Assembly (NCBI GenBank): GCA_036689505.1
Contig: CP144843.1
Coordinates: forward strand, 167,107-231,106
Length of the DNA: 64,000 bases
Direction of reading: 5' to 3'
From: Candidatus Stammera capleta
GTDB taxonomy: Bacteria; Pseudomonadota; Gammaproteobacteria; Enterobacterales; Enterobacteriaceae
The notes beneath the pieces are model-generated. The model had not been told where the DNA came from, searched no databases, and saw only the letters and a program-made list of their open reading frames with translations. Of this stretch, positions 22,719 to 33,346 are shown in pieces (position 1 is the stretch's first letter; every line of letters begins with the position of its first letter). A program made the position numbers and the translations under genes.

Positions 22719-23537
22719 ATGAATAAAAAATTAGAGATTATAAAAAAATTAAGAAAAATTACGCAAATAAGTATAATAAAATGTAAAAAAGTATTAGAAA
22801 ATAATAATTTTAATATATATAAATCCATAAAATATTTTAAAAATAAAAAAAATAAAAAAAAAAATAAATCATTTTATGAATTCATAATAACTAAAACTAA
22901 AAAAAATATATCATTAATAATAAAATTTGAATCAGAAACAGATTTTATTATAAATAATTTAGAATTTAAAAAATTTAAAAAAAAAATAATTAATAAAATT
23001 ATAGATAATAATAATTTAAAAAAAATTATAAATTCAAAAAATATAAATAAAATATTTAATAAAGATATAAATATAATTATAAATAAATTAAATGAAAATA
23101 TTAAAATAAAAAAAATTATATATTTAAAATCAAATAAAAAACAATATTTAAATAATTATAATCATAATAAAAAAATTGGAGTAATAGTATTAGTTGAAAA
23201 AATTGATAAAAATAAAAAAATTAAAAAAAATAAAATTAAAAAAATATCAATTCATATAGCTGCTATGCAACCAAAATATTTAGATATAAAATCAGTACCT
23301 AATAAATATATTAATAAAATAAAAGATAAAATAAATATTAAATTTAATAATATACAAAAAAAAAAATATATTTATAATTTAATAAATAAAAAAATTAAAC
23401 AAATATGTCTTAAAGAACAAATATTTTTATTTAATAATAAAATTAAAATTAAAAAATATTTAAAAAAAAATAATATTAAAATAATAAAATTTAAAATATT
23501 AAAATCTAAAATAAATAAAATTAATTATAAATTTTAA
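22719..23537 (+). CDS. tsf: Elongation factor Ts
   Basis: The 272-aa ORF is intact and sits directly after rpsB. IKKLRKITQISIIKCKKVL matches E. coli VKELRERTGAGMMDCKKAL. ESETDFIINN matches NCQTDFVAKD, and HIAAMQPKYL matches HVAASKPEFI. Confidence 0.88.
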   Translation: MNKKLEIIKKLRKITQISIIKCKKVLENNNFNIYKSIKYFKNKKNKKKNKSFYEFIITKTKKNISLIIKFESETDFIINNLEFKKFKKKIINKIIDNNNLKKIINSKNINKIFNKDINIIINKLNENIKIKKIIYLKSNKKQYLNNYNHNKKIGVIVLVEKIDKNKKIKKNKIKKISIHIAAMQPKYLDIKSVPNKYINKIKDKINIKFNNIQKKKYIYNLINKKIKQICLKEQIFLFNNKIKIKKYLKKNNIKIIKFKILKSKINKINYKF

Positions 23538-23582
23538 ATAAATAAATATTTATTATATAATATTATATATAAATATATAAAA

Positions 23583-23669
23583 GGAGGTATGGCTGAGTGG
23601 TTTAAGGCAACGGTCTTGAAAATCGTAAACGATAAATATCGTTCGAGAGTTCGAATCTCTCTACCTCCG
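23583..23669 (+). tRNA. tRNA-Ser (anticodon UGA), long variable arm, no encoded CCA
   Basis: The acceptor stem is GGAGGTA/TACCTCC with discriminator G. The anticodon stem ACGGT/ATCGT carries loop CT-TGA-AA. The variable arm stem is ACGAT/ATCGT. The T arm is GAGAG-TTCGAAT-CTCTC. Confidence 0.9.
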
Positions 23670-23691
23670 TAAAATAATAAAATATATTGTT

Positions 23692-24444
23692 ATGAAAAAT
23701 TTAGAATTAGAAATATTATTAAATAAATATTTAAAAAGTTACAATGTAATAGATAATTCATTAAATGGAATACAAATAGGTGGAAATAAAGAAATTAATG
23801 GAATAATTACTAGTGTAAGTTTAACACCTAAAATAATAAAAAAATCTATATTATTTAAATATAACACTATTATAGTTCATCATGGAATATTATGAAAAAA
23901 TAATTTTATATTATCAAATTATAATAAAATAATGATTTATAATATATTAAAACATAATATTAATTTATTTGCTTGACATTTACCATTAGATATACATAAA
24001 AAAATAGGTAATAATGTTATACTATCAAAAAAATTAAATTTAAAAAATATTATATTACCTAGTAATAATAATCCTTTTATAATATGTAAAAATTATAAAA
24101 AAAATAAAATAATTAATAAAATTAAAAAAATATTTAAAATATTTATTTTTTATAAAACTAAAAAAGAAATTAATAAAATATGTTTATGTTGTGGAAACGG
24201 AAATAATTTTATAGAAAAAAATATTTTAAAATATAATATTGATACATATATAACTGGTGAAATATCTGAAATAAATTTTAATATTATAAAAAAATATAAT
24301 ATAAATCTAATTATATTAGGACATGAAAAATCAGAAATATATGGAATAAAAAAATTAGGTAAAATTATAAATAAAAAATTTAATATTAAAATTTATAATT
24401 ATATAATAAAAAAAAAAATATTAGATTTTACAATAATGGATTAA
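23692..24444 (+). CDS. ybgI: Nif3/YbgI-family metal-binding protein (GTP cyclohydrolase 1 type 2 homologue), 250 aa
   Basis: MKNLELEILLNKYL, NGIQIGG, IIVHHGILW, NLFAWHLPLDIHKKIGNN, ITGEISE and GHEKSE match E. coli YbgI MKNTELEQLINEKL, NGLQVEG, VIVHHGYFW, NLYGWHLPLDAHPELGNN, ITGEVSE and GHHATE. A 184-codon read-through from TGA 23893 ends at TAA 24442-24444. Confidence 0.88.
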
Positions 24445-25831
24445 ATAATATAAAAAATTTTTCTAAAAATTTTTCATAAAATTTTTTATCTTTTATATAA
24501 TTTAAATTAATTAATTTTGAATAATTCATATATTTTTTTAATATAATAAATAATTTTTTATTTAAAAAAAAACTTTTTATTAATAATGCTATTTCATAAT
24601 TTAATCATATACTTCTAAAATCAAAATTTATAGTACCCAAAACACTTATATTATAATCTATTAAAATTAATTTAGTATGTAAAAAATTACCCTTAAATAA
24701 ATAAATTTTAACCCCAGATTTTATTAAATCATAAAAAAAAAATCTACTTGATCAATAAATTAAAAAAGTATCATTTTTTTCAGGTATAATTATACTTACA
24801 TTAATACCTTTACTGGATACAGTACAAATAGCATCAATTATACTATTACTAGGTATAAAATAAGGAGTAGTAATTATAATTCTATATTTAGAAGAAAAAA
24901 TTAAATTTAATAAAAATCTATGAATAATATTTCTAGGTAAACCAGGACCTGATGTAATAACTTGAACTAAATTATCTTTATAAAGATTATTTATATTATT
25001 AAAATCATAAAAATTAATTTTTTTTTTTAAAATATTTATACCAGTCTGTAATTCTCAATCATAAGAAAAAATTATATTAATAATATTACCTAATAATCTA
25101 CTTTTTATTCTAACCATTAAATCTATTCATATTCCTAATTTTATATTTTTATTAAAAAAACTATCATCTATTAAATTCATACCACCAGTATATATAATTT
25201 TATTATCTATTAATATTATTTTTTTATGTTGTCTTATGTCAAATCTTTTAAAAATTATATTATTTAAATTTAATTCTAAATATTTTACAATTTTAATACC
25301 TTTTTTAGACATTAATAAAGGTAAATCTGTTTTAAAAAAGTTAATACTTCCTATAGCATCTAAAATAATTTTACACTTTACACCTCTTTTAGAAGCTTTA
25401 ATTAATTCTAAAATTATTTTATTTGATAAATAACCAGGTTCTCAAATATAAAAAATTATATATATATTTTTTTTAGCTAATTTTATATCATTAATTATTA
25501 AATTAATTAACTTATTATTATTAGTAATTAATAATAATTTTTCAAAATATACAGGAGGTATACCTATATTATAATAAATAAAATTAAAAATATAATAATT
25601 GTTTATTTTATAAAATATAAATTTATTATTTATATTTAATTTAATTAAATTTTTATATCAAATATTATTAGATTTAATACAAATATTTTTTTTAATATAA
25701 AAATTATATAATATAATATATTTAACTATTAATATTAATATTAATAAAAATATTATAATAAATAATAATAATAAGATATATAATAAAAATTTGTAATTTA
25801 ATTTTGTAAATAATCTAAATAATAAAAACAT
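24428..25831 (-). CDS. clsA: Cardiolipin synthase (phospholipase-D/HKD family), about 467 aa
   Basis: The N-terminus is hydrophobic. FYIWEPG, ILDAIGS and a first HKD motif RQHKKIILIDNKIIYTGGMN are present. GI-W-IDLMVRI matches E. coli GQWIDLMARM. The second HKD motif is LHTKLILID. The C-terminus EKFFILFNPLL matches E. coli ERLFYFFSPLL. There are 173 codons from ATG 25831 to track ORF 25312, in the same frame. The stop TAA at 24428-24430 overlaps the ybgI 3' end by 17 nt. Confidence 0.88.
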
Positions 25832-25929
25832 AAAATATATAAAATTATATTTAATAATATTTTATATTATTATTAATTTCAAATATTTACAAAAAATAAT
25901 TTATAATTAATATAATAAAAATAAAATAT

Positions 25930-27651
25930 ATGAATAATAAAAAAATAAAAAAAAAAATAAAAATTTTAACAAAAAAAATTATTAAATATTCTGATTATTA
26001 TTTTAATAAAAATAAAAATTTAATTAAAGACGAAAAATATGATTTATATCTTAAAAAATTAATAAATTTAGAAAAAAAATATCCTATTTACAAAAAAAAA
26101 AACAGTCCTACAGAAATTATTAATTATAAATTAAATAAAAATATAAAAAAAGAAAAACATGATATACCTATGCTATCTATAAAAAGTGTATATACTTTTA
26201 AATATATAAAAAAATTTTTTAAAAAAATAAAAAAAAAATATAATAATAAAGAATTTTGTTGTGAACTTAAAATTGATGGAATAGCAATTAGTTTAATTTA
26301 TAAAAAAAATAAATTATATAAAGCAATTACTAGAGGAAATGGAAAATATGGTGAAAATATTACAGATAATATAAAAGTTATATCATCTATACCAAAAAAA
26401 ATATATAATAATTATAAAAATAAAATTGAAATTAGAGGAGAATTATTTATTAAAAAAAAAAATTTTAATAAAATAATTAAAACAGAAAAATTATTTTCAA
26501 ATTGTAGAAATCTTGTTTCAGGAACAATAAGATCATTAAATACAAATTTAATTAAAAAAAGAAATTTATCATTTATAGCATATGATTTAATAATAAACAA
26601 TAATAGAAAAAAAATTAAAGATAATATAAATTGTTTAAAAAAAATTGAAAAATTAGGTTTTAATATAGAAAAATATACTAAAAAATATAATTTAATTAAA
26701 AAAATTAAAAATTTTTATAATAAAATATATAAAAATAGAAAAAGAATAAAATTTGATATTGATGGAATAGTTATTAAATTAAATAATAGAAAATTACAAG
26801 AAAAAATAAAATATAATAATAATTATATTAAATGAGCAATTGCTATAAAATTTACTTCTAAAACTAAAAAAACAATTATTAAAAATATTAAATTTAAAAT
26901 TGGTAAAAGTGGTATTATAATACCTATTATTATTATAAAATCTATATACATAGGTGGAGTAAAAATAAAAAAAATCAATTTATATAATTTAAAATATTTA
27001 ATAAAATTAAATATTAATATAAATGATAAAATTTTAGTTGAAAGAAAAGGTGATGTAATTCCTAAAATTAAAAAAATTATTAAAAGATATAATAAAAAGA
27101 ATAATTCATATATAAATAAATGTCCATTTTGTAATATTAAAATTAATTTAAATTTAAATACCCCAAAATGTTTAAATATTAATTGTCCAAAACAATTATA
27201 TAAGAAAATAAATAATTTTGTTTCAAAAAATGGATTTAATATAAAATATTTAGGAGAAAAAACTATAAAGTTATTAATAAAAAATAAATTAATTAATAAA
27301 ATACATGATATATTTAAATTAACAATAAATTCTTTAATTAAAATTAAAAATTTTAAATATAAAAAATCTAAAAAAATAATTAAATCAATTAAATATTCAA
27401 TAAAAAAAATAAAATTAAATAATTTTATATATTCATTATCAATACCATATATAGGTATATTATCTTGTAATTATATATATAAAAAAATAAAATATATTAA
27501 AAATTTTATTAAACTTAAAAAAAATAATATTAAATATTTAAATAAATTAAATAAAATTCAAATTAAATCAATAAAATATTTTTTAAATAATAAAAAAAAT
27601 ATTAATTTAATAAAAAAATTAAAACTAATAATAAATAAAAAAATATTCTAA
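25930..27651 (+). CDS. ligA: NAD-dependent DNA ligase, 573 aa, ending after the HhH domain (no BRCT domain)
   Basis: CELKIDGIAISL contains the KxDG adenylation motif. TRGNGKYGENIT, EIRGELF, DIDGIVIK, W(TGA)AIAIKF, ERKGDVIPKI and the Cys4 zinc finger CPFCN...CLNINCP are present, followed by HhH-like repeats. The 573-codon count matches the coordinates. E. coli LigA is 671 aa. Confidence 0.9.
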
Positions 27652-29030
27652 ACTTTATAAAAATTTTTTAATCTTAATAATACTTGTTTTTTTTTTAAAA
27701 TAAATATCAATTTAAATATATCAATACCATATTTATTTCCAATTAAGATATAACGTAATAATGAATAAACACATTTTTTTTTAAAATTAAATTTACTAAA
27801 AAAATTATTAATTATATTTTTTATATTTTGTACACTTCATAATATTAATAAATCAAATTTTTTTATAAAATATTTTATAATAAAATTTAAATTTAAATTA
27901 AATTTTTCTAAAATATTTGAATTTAATTCAAAATAACTTGTTATTAATATATAAAAATCAACTATTTGATATAAATAATATATTCTTTCTAAAATTATAA
28001 AAAATATTTCATATAAATTTTTTATTTTATTCATATTAATATTATGATTTAAAAAAAATGGTTTTAAATAAAATTTTAATTTATCATAACTAATGTTATT
28101 AATATAATATTTATTCAGTGAAATAATTTTTTCATTATTTATAATACAAGGAGATTTATTTAAATTATTAAAATTAAATATATCTTTTAATTTATCAATA
28201 TTATTAATTTCTAAATTATTATTAGATATACCTAATTTTAATAAATAACTTATTAAAGTTTGAGGTAAATATCCTTTTTCAATATAATTGTTTATATTAT
28301 AATTATTATTTCTTTTAGAAAGTTTTTTTTTAAATTTATCTAATATTATAGGTAAATGAATATAATTTGGTATTTTAAATTTTAAACATTTTAATAAATT
28401 AATTTGTTTAGGAGTATTGTTAATATGTTCAGATCCTCTAATAACATTATTTATTAACATATTATTATCATCTATAATAACACAAAAATTATAAGTAGGT
28501 AATCCATTAGATCTTCTAATTACAAAATCATCTAATTCTTTATTTTTAATATTTAAGTTTCCAAAAACTAGATCATTAAATTTAACTTTACCTTTTAATA
28601 AATTTCTAAATCTTACAACATATTTAATATTTTTATAATTTAAATTTTTATTTCTACAATAACCATCATATTTTGGCTTTCTTTTATATAAAATACATTT
28701 TTTACGTATATTAATTAATCTTTCTTCATTACAATAACATTTATAAGCAAAATTATTTTTTAATAAAATATCTATATAATAATTATATAAATCTATATTT
28801 TTAGATTGAAAATATATATCATTATCTCAATATATACCAAATCAATCTAGTAAATATAAAATATTATCAATATATTTTTTATCACATCTTTTAAAATCTG
28901 TATCTTCTATTCTTAAATAAAATTTACCATTATTTTTTCTTGCAAATAATCAAGAATATAAAGCAATACGTATATTTCCTAAATGTAAATATCCTGTAGG
29001 ACTTGGTGCAAATCTTGTTATTATATTCAT
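27648..29030 (-). CDS. gltX: Glutamate--tRNA ligase, 460 aa
   Basis: [74 protein letters not shown] and [11 protein letters not shown] are colinear with E. coli GluRS. All in-frame triplets from 27648 to 29030 were checked. The stop TAG at 27648-27650 overlaps the ligA stop by 4 nt. Confidence 0.92.
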
Positions 29031-29106
29031 ATAATAATAATTTTAAAATTAAAATTAATTTATAATATATAATTGTATATATTAATTTATAATTTTCAAA
29101 TATTAA

Positions 29107-30894
29107 ATGACTAAATATATAAGAAATTTTTGTATTATAGCACATATAAATCATGGAAAATCAACATTCTCAGATAGAATAATAGAAATATGTAAAAAAA
29201 AAAAATTAAAAAAAAATCAACAAAGAATATTAGATAATATGGAATTAGAAAAAGAAAAAGGAATTACTATAAAAGCACAATGTGTAAATTTAAAATTTAA
29301 TTATAAAAATAATATTTTTAAATTAAATTTAATAGATACACCTGGTCATGTAGATTTTTCATATGAAGTATCAAAATCATTATATGTATGTGAAGGAGCC
29401 ATATTATTAATAGATATAAGAAAAGGTATACAATCACAAACATTAAATAACTATAATATAGCTAAAAGTTTAAAAATTAAAATATTAATTGTAATAAATA
29501 AAATAGATATTAAAAATATAAATATTAAAAAAATAAAAAAACAAATAAAAAAAAAATTAAATTATAATAATAAAATATTTATATGTTCTTCTAAAACTGG
29601 ATTTGGAATAAAAAAAATAATAAAAAATATCATTAAAATTATACCACATCCAAAATTAAATATTAATAAATCATTATTAGGTTTAATTATTGATTCATAT
29701 TTTAATAATTATTTAGGAACATTCTTTTTAATAAAAATAAAAAGTGGTTATATTAAATTAAATAATAATATTAAAATATCAAATATTAAAAAAAAATATA
29801 ATGTAGATAATATTATTATAAATACACCAAATAAAAAAAAAATTAATATTCTAAAATGTGGAGAAGTTGGTTGAATAACATGTAAAATTAAAAAAATAAA
29901 TAAAAATTTTATAGGTAATATTATATATAATAATAATAATAAAAAAATAGATAATAAAAAAATAATTAAAAAAATAAAACCACAAATATTTGCTAGTATA
30001 TTTCCAAAAGAAAATAATAATTTTAACAATTTAAAAATATCATTACAAAAACTACAATTAAATGACCCATCTTTAACATATGAAATAGAAAAATCTACAA
30101 TTTTAGGTTTTGGATTTAAATGTGGTTTTTTAGGAATATTACATATAGAAATAACAAAAGAAAGATTAAAAAGAGAATATAATATAGAAATATTAATAAT
30201 TAATCCTACAGTTATATTTATAATTAAAAATAAAAATAATAAAAAAATATATATTAAAGACACAGATGAAATTCAATTTATTAAAAATATTAAATATATA
30301 AAAGAACCTATAGTAATATGTAATATAAAATCTAATAAAAAATATTTAGGAAATATAATTAATATATGTAATACAAAAAGAGGAAAATTAAAAAATATAA
30401 AATATATAAATAAAAATAATGTTTCATTAAAATATAAAATTCCCCTTTTAGAAATTATAACTAATTTAAGTAATGAATTAAAATCTATAACACAAGGATA
30501 TTGTAATTATAAATATAAATTTTATAAATATAAAAAATCAAATATTACTTTATTAAAAGTAATTATAAATAATAAAATAATTTATGGATTATCTAAATTT
30601 ATACATAAAAATAATATTAAAAAAGAAAGTATTAGAATAATTAATATTTTAAAAAAATATATTAATAAACAATTATTTAATATAACTATACAAATATCAT
30701 GTAACAACAAAATTATTTGTAGAACAAATATAAAAGCTTTAAGAAAAAATGTAATTTCAAAATGTTATGGAGGAGATATAACTAGAAAAAAAAAATTAAT
30801 AAATAAACAAAAAAAAGGAAAAAAAAAAATGGAAAAAATAGGTAATGTTCTTATAAATCCTAAAATTTTTTCTAAAATATTAAAATTAAATTAA
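29107..30894 (+). CDS. lepA: Elongation factor 4 (LepA), 595 aa
   Basis: IRNFCIIAHINHGKST, ELEKEKGITIKAQ, LIDTPGHVDF, VINKID, GFGFKCGFLGILHIEI and CYGGDITRKKKLINKQKKGKKKMEKIGNV match E. coli LepA. The 595-codon count from 29107 to TAA 30892-30894 is consistent. Confidence 0.92.
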
Positions 30895-30907
30895 AAATAA
30901 AACATAA

Positions 30908-31801
30908 ATGAATAATAAATTATTTTTTATAATAATTATTATTTTATGTATATTAAATCATTTAAATAAAAAAATAATAAATTTTGTTTTAATAAATAAA
31001 ATAATTAAAATTTTAAATGAATTATTACCTAAATTAATAATTATTTTTATACTAAAATCATTTATATATGAAATATATTATATACCATCATCTTCAATGA
31101 TGCCTACTTTATGTATAGGAGATTTAATATTAGTTAATAAATTATCTTATAATATTAAAAATCCTTTAAATAATAAAGTAATAATTAATATTAAAAATCC
31201 AAAATACGGAGATATAGTAGTATTTCAATATCCAAAAAATAAAAAAATTAATTATGTTAAAAGAATTATAGGATTACCTAACGATAAAATAATATATAAT
31301 GAAAAATACAAAAAAATTCAAATATATAAAAAATGTATAAATAAAAATAAAAAATATTGTTTAATAAATATTATCAAATATTATGAAAATATTGATAATA
31401 AAATATTATTAAAAATAAAATATAAAAAAAATAAAATAATAAATATAAAATTTTTAAATTTTAATAATTTAAATATTAATAAATATAATAAAAAATATAA
31501 TCTAATAATATTAAATAAAAAAATAGAATATTTAAATAATAAAAAATATGAAATATTATTAATACCAAATAAATATTTAAAATACAAAAAAAAACATATA
31601 AGGCAATGAATATTGCCTAATAATATGTATTTTGTAATGGGAGATTTTAGAGATAATAGTGAAGATAGTAGATATTGAGGTTATTTAAATAAAAATTTAA
31701 TAATAGGAAAAGTAGAATATATTTTAATTAATATAAAAAATATTAAATATAATTTTAAAAATATTATTAACATAAATAATATATTTAAAAAAAATAAATA
31801 A
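30908..31801 (+). CDS. lepB: Signal peptidase I, 297 aa
   Basis: The N-terminus has a transmembrane segment. IPSSSMMPTLCIGDLILV carries the catalytic Ser box, YVKRIIGLPND the Lys box, and MGDFRDNSEDSRY-W-GY the C-terminal box. The position after lepA is syntenic. Confidence 0.9.
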
Positions 31802-31818
31802 ATTTTAAAATATAATAA

Positions 31819-32478
31819 ATGAAAAATTTACAAAATAAAATTAAATATAAATTTAAAAAAAAAAAAATATTAATAACATGTCTAACACATAGAAGTTATA
31901 ATAAAAATCATAATGAAAAATTAGAATTTTTAGGAGATTCTATATTAAATTTTATAATAACTAAAATTATATATAATAAATTTTCATATAAAGAAGAAGG
32001 ATATATGACTAGACTTAGATCTAACTTAGTTAATAAAAAAAATTTATTTAAAATAGCCAAAAATATTAAATTAAATAAATATATTTATTTAGGTAATTGT
32101 GAAATAAAAATGAATGGTCAATATAAAAAATCTATATTAGCAAATACATTAGAAGCTATTATAGGCGGTATATTTTTAGATAGTAATAATATAAATATAA
32201 TAGAAAATACAATTAAATATTTATTTTTAAATAAAACAATACTATTTAATAAAAATAATAAAGACCCTAAAACTATATTACAAGAATATTTACAAAAATA
32301 TAAAATATCTTTACCTAAATATTATGTATATAACAAAAAAGGTAAAGATCATGAAAAAATATTTACAGTACATTGTAAAATAAATAATAAAATAACTAAA
32401 GGAAAAGGAAAAAATAAAAAAAAAGCAGAACAAATAGCAGCTAAAAAAGCATTATTAAAATTAGGTTTACATTATTAA
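31819..32478 (+). CDS. rnc: Ribonuclease III
   Basis: The 219-aa ORF is intact. NEKLEFLGDSILNF is the RNase III signature. LEAIIGGIFLD is present, and a dsRBD with KKKAEQIAAKKAL lies at the C-terminus. Confidence 0.92.
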   Translation: MKNLQNKIKYKFKKKKILITCLTHRSYNKNHNEKLEFLGDSILNFIITKIIYNKFSYKEEGYMTRLRSNLVNKKNLFKIAKNIKLNKYIYLGNCEIKMNGQYKKSILANTLEAIIGGIFLDSNNINIIENTIKYLFLNKTILFNKNNKDPKTILQEYLQKYKISLPKYYVYNKKGKDHEKIFTVHCKINNKITKGKGKNKKKAEQIAAKKALLKLGLHY

Positions 32479-32497
32479 TTAATTAAAATAAAAAAAT

Positions 32498-33346
32498 ATG
32501 AATAAACAATTATTAATTGTTTCTATAATTGGAAAATATAATGTAGGTAAATCTACATTATTTAATAAATTAATAAATAAAAAAATATCTATTACAAGTA
32601 AAAAAAAAAATACTACTCAAAAAAGTTTAATAGGTATAAAAAATAAAAAGAATAAACAATTTATTTATATAGATAATCCAGGATTAAATGATAATAATAT
32701 AATAAAATATATAAAAAATATTATAAAATATATTAAATATAATCTATCAGGAAATAAAATAAATTTATTTATAATGATTATTGAAAAAAAATTAAGTTAT
32801 TATGAAATAAAAATTATAAAATTCATAAAAAAAATTAAAATTTCTTTAATAGTATTAATAAGTAAAATTGATAAATTAAAAAAAAAAAATTTGTTACTAA
32901 ATACAATTAACGAAATTAAAAAACTTAAAATAAATAATATTATACCTATTAATTTAAAAAAAAAAAAATATTTAATTCCAATTAAAAAAATGATAAATAA
33001 ATTTTTAATAAATAAAGAACATTTATTTAAAAAAAATATATTAACTAATGAAACAGATGAATATTTTATAAAAGAAATAATAAGAGAAAAAATATTTAGA
33101 TTAATGGGTGATGAAATACCTTATAAATTAAAATTCAAAATAAATAATTTTTATAAAAATAATAATAAATTATATATAGAATGTTATATAATTATATTTA
33201 AAAAACAATATATTAAAATATTAATAGGTAAAAATGGTAATAAAATTAATAAAATATTATTTTTATCAAAAATAAGTATAAATAAATATTTTAATAATAA
33301 ATATTATATAAAATTAATTATAAAAATAAAATATTTTAAAAATTAA
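32498..33346 (+). CDS. era: GTPase Era
   Basis: The 282-aa ORF is intact. GKYNVGKSTLFNKLINKKISITSKKKNTT and DNPG are the G motifs. A KH-like C-terminus is present. The lepA-lepB-rnc-era order is as in E. coli. Confidence 0.88.
   Translation: MNKQLLIVSIIGKYNVGKSTLFNKLINKKISITSKKKNTTQKSLIGIKNKKNKQFIYIDNPGLNDNNIIKYIKNIIKYIKYNLSGNKINLFIMIIEKKLSYYEIKIIKFIKKIKISLIVLISKIDKLKKKNLLLNTINEIKKLKINNIIPINLKKKKYLIPIKKMINKFLINKEHLFKKNILTNETDEYFIKEIIREKIFRLMGDEIPYKLKFKINNFYKNNNKLYIECYIIIFKKQYIKILIGKNGNKINKILFLSKISINKYFNNKYYIKLIIKIKYFKN

Noticed and set aside
23581-23590. An AAGGAGGT sequence that looks like a strong Shine-Dalgarno motif
   Set aside because: It is the 5' acceptor stem of tRNA-Ser (GGAGGTA...TACCTCC). 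No ORF follows at a suitable distance.
28930-29154. Minus-strand ORFs at 28930..29154 and 54008..54241 spanning divergent promoter regions
   Set aside because: The first overlaps the gltX 5' end in a different frame and runs antisense to the lepA start. The second runs antisense across the ahpC start. Both are low-complexity with no homology.
29748-30263. The 171-aa minus-strand ORF from the track, plus similar ORFs at 9757..9945, 12415..12636, 13114..13320, 26412..26600 and 31381..31587
   Set aside because: All lie antisense inside well-conserved genes (lepA, pheT, pmbA, ligA, lepB). Their products are Phe/Leu/Ile/Asn strings, which are the reverse-complement shadow of Lys/Asn/Ile-rich coding sequence. 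No independent support exists for any of them.
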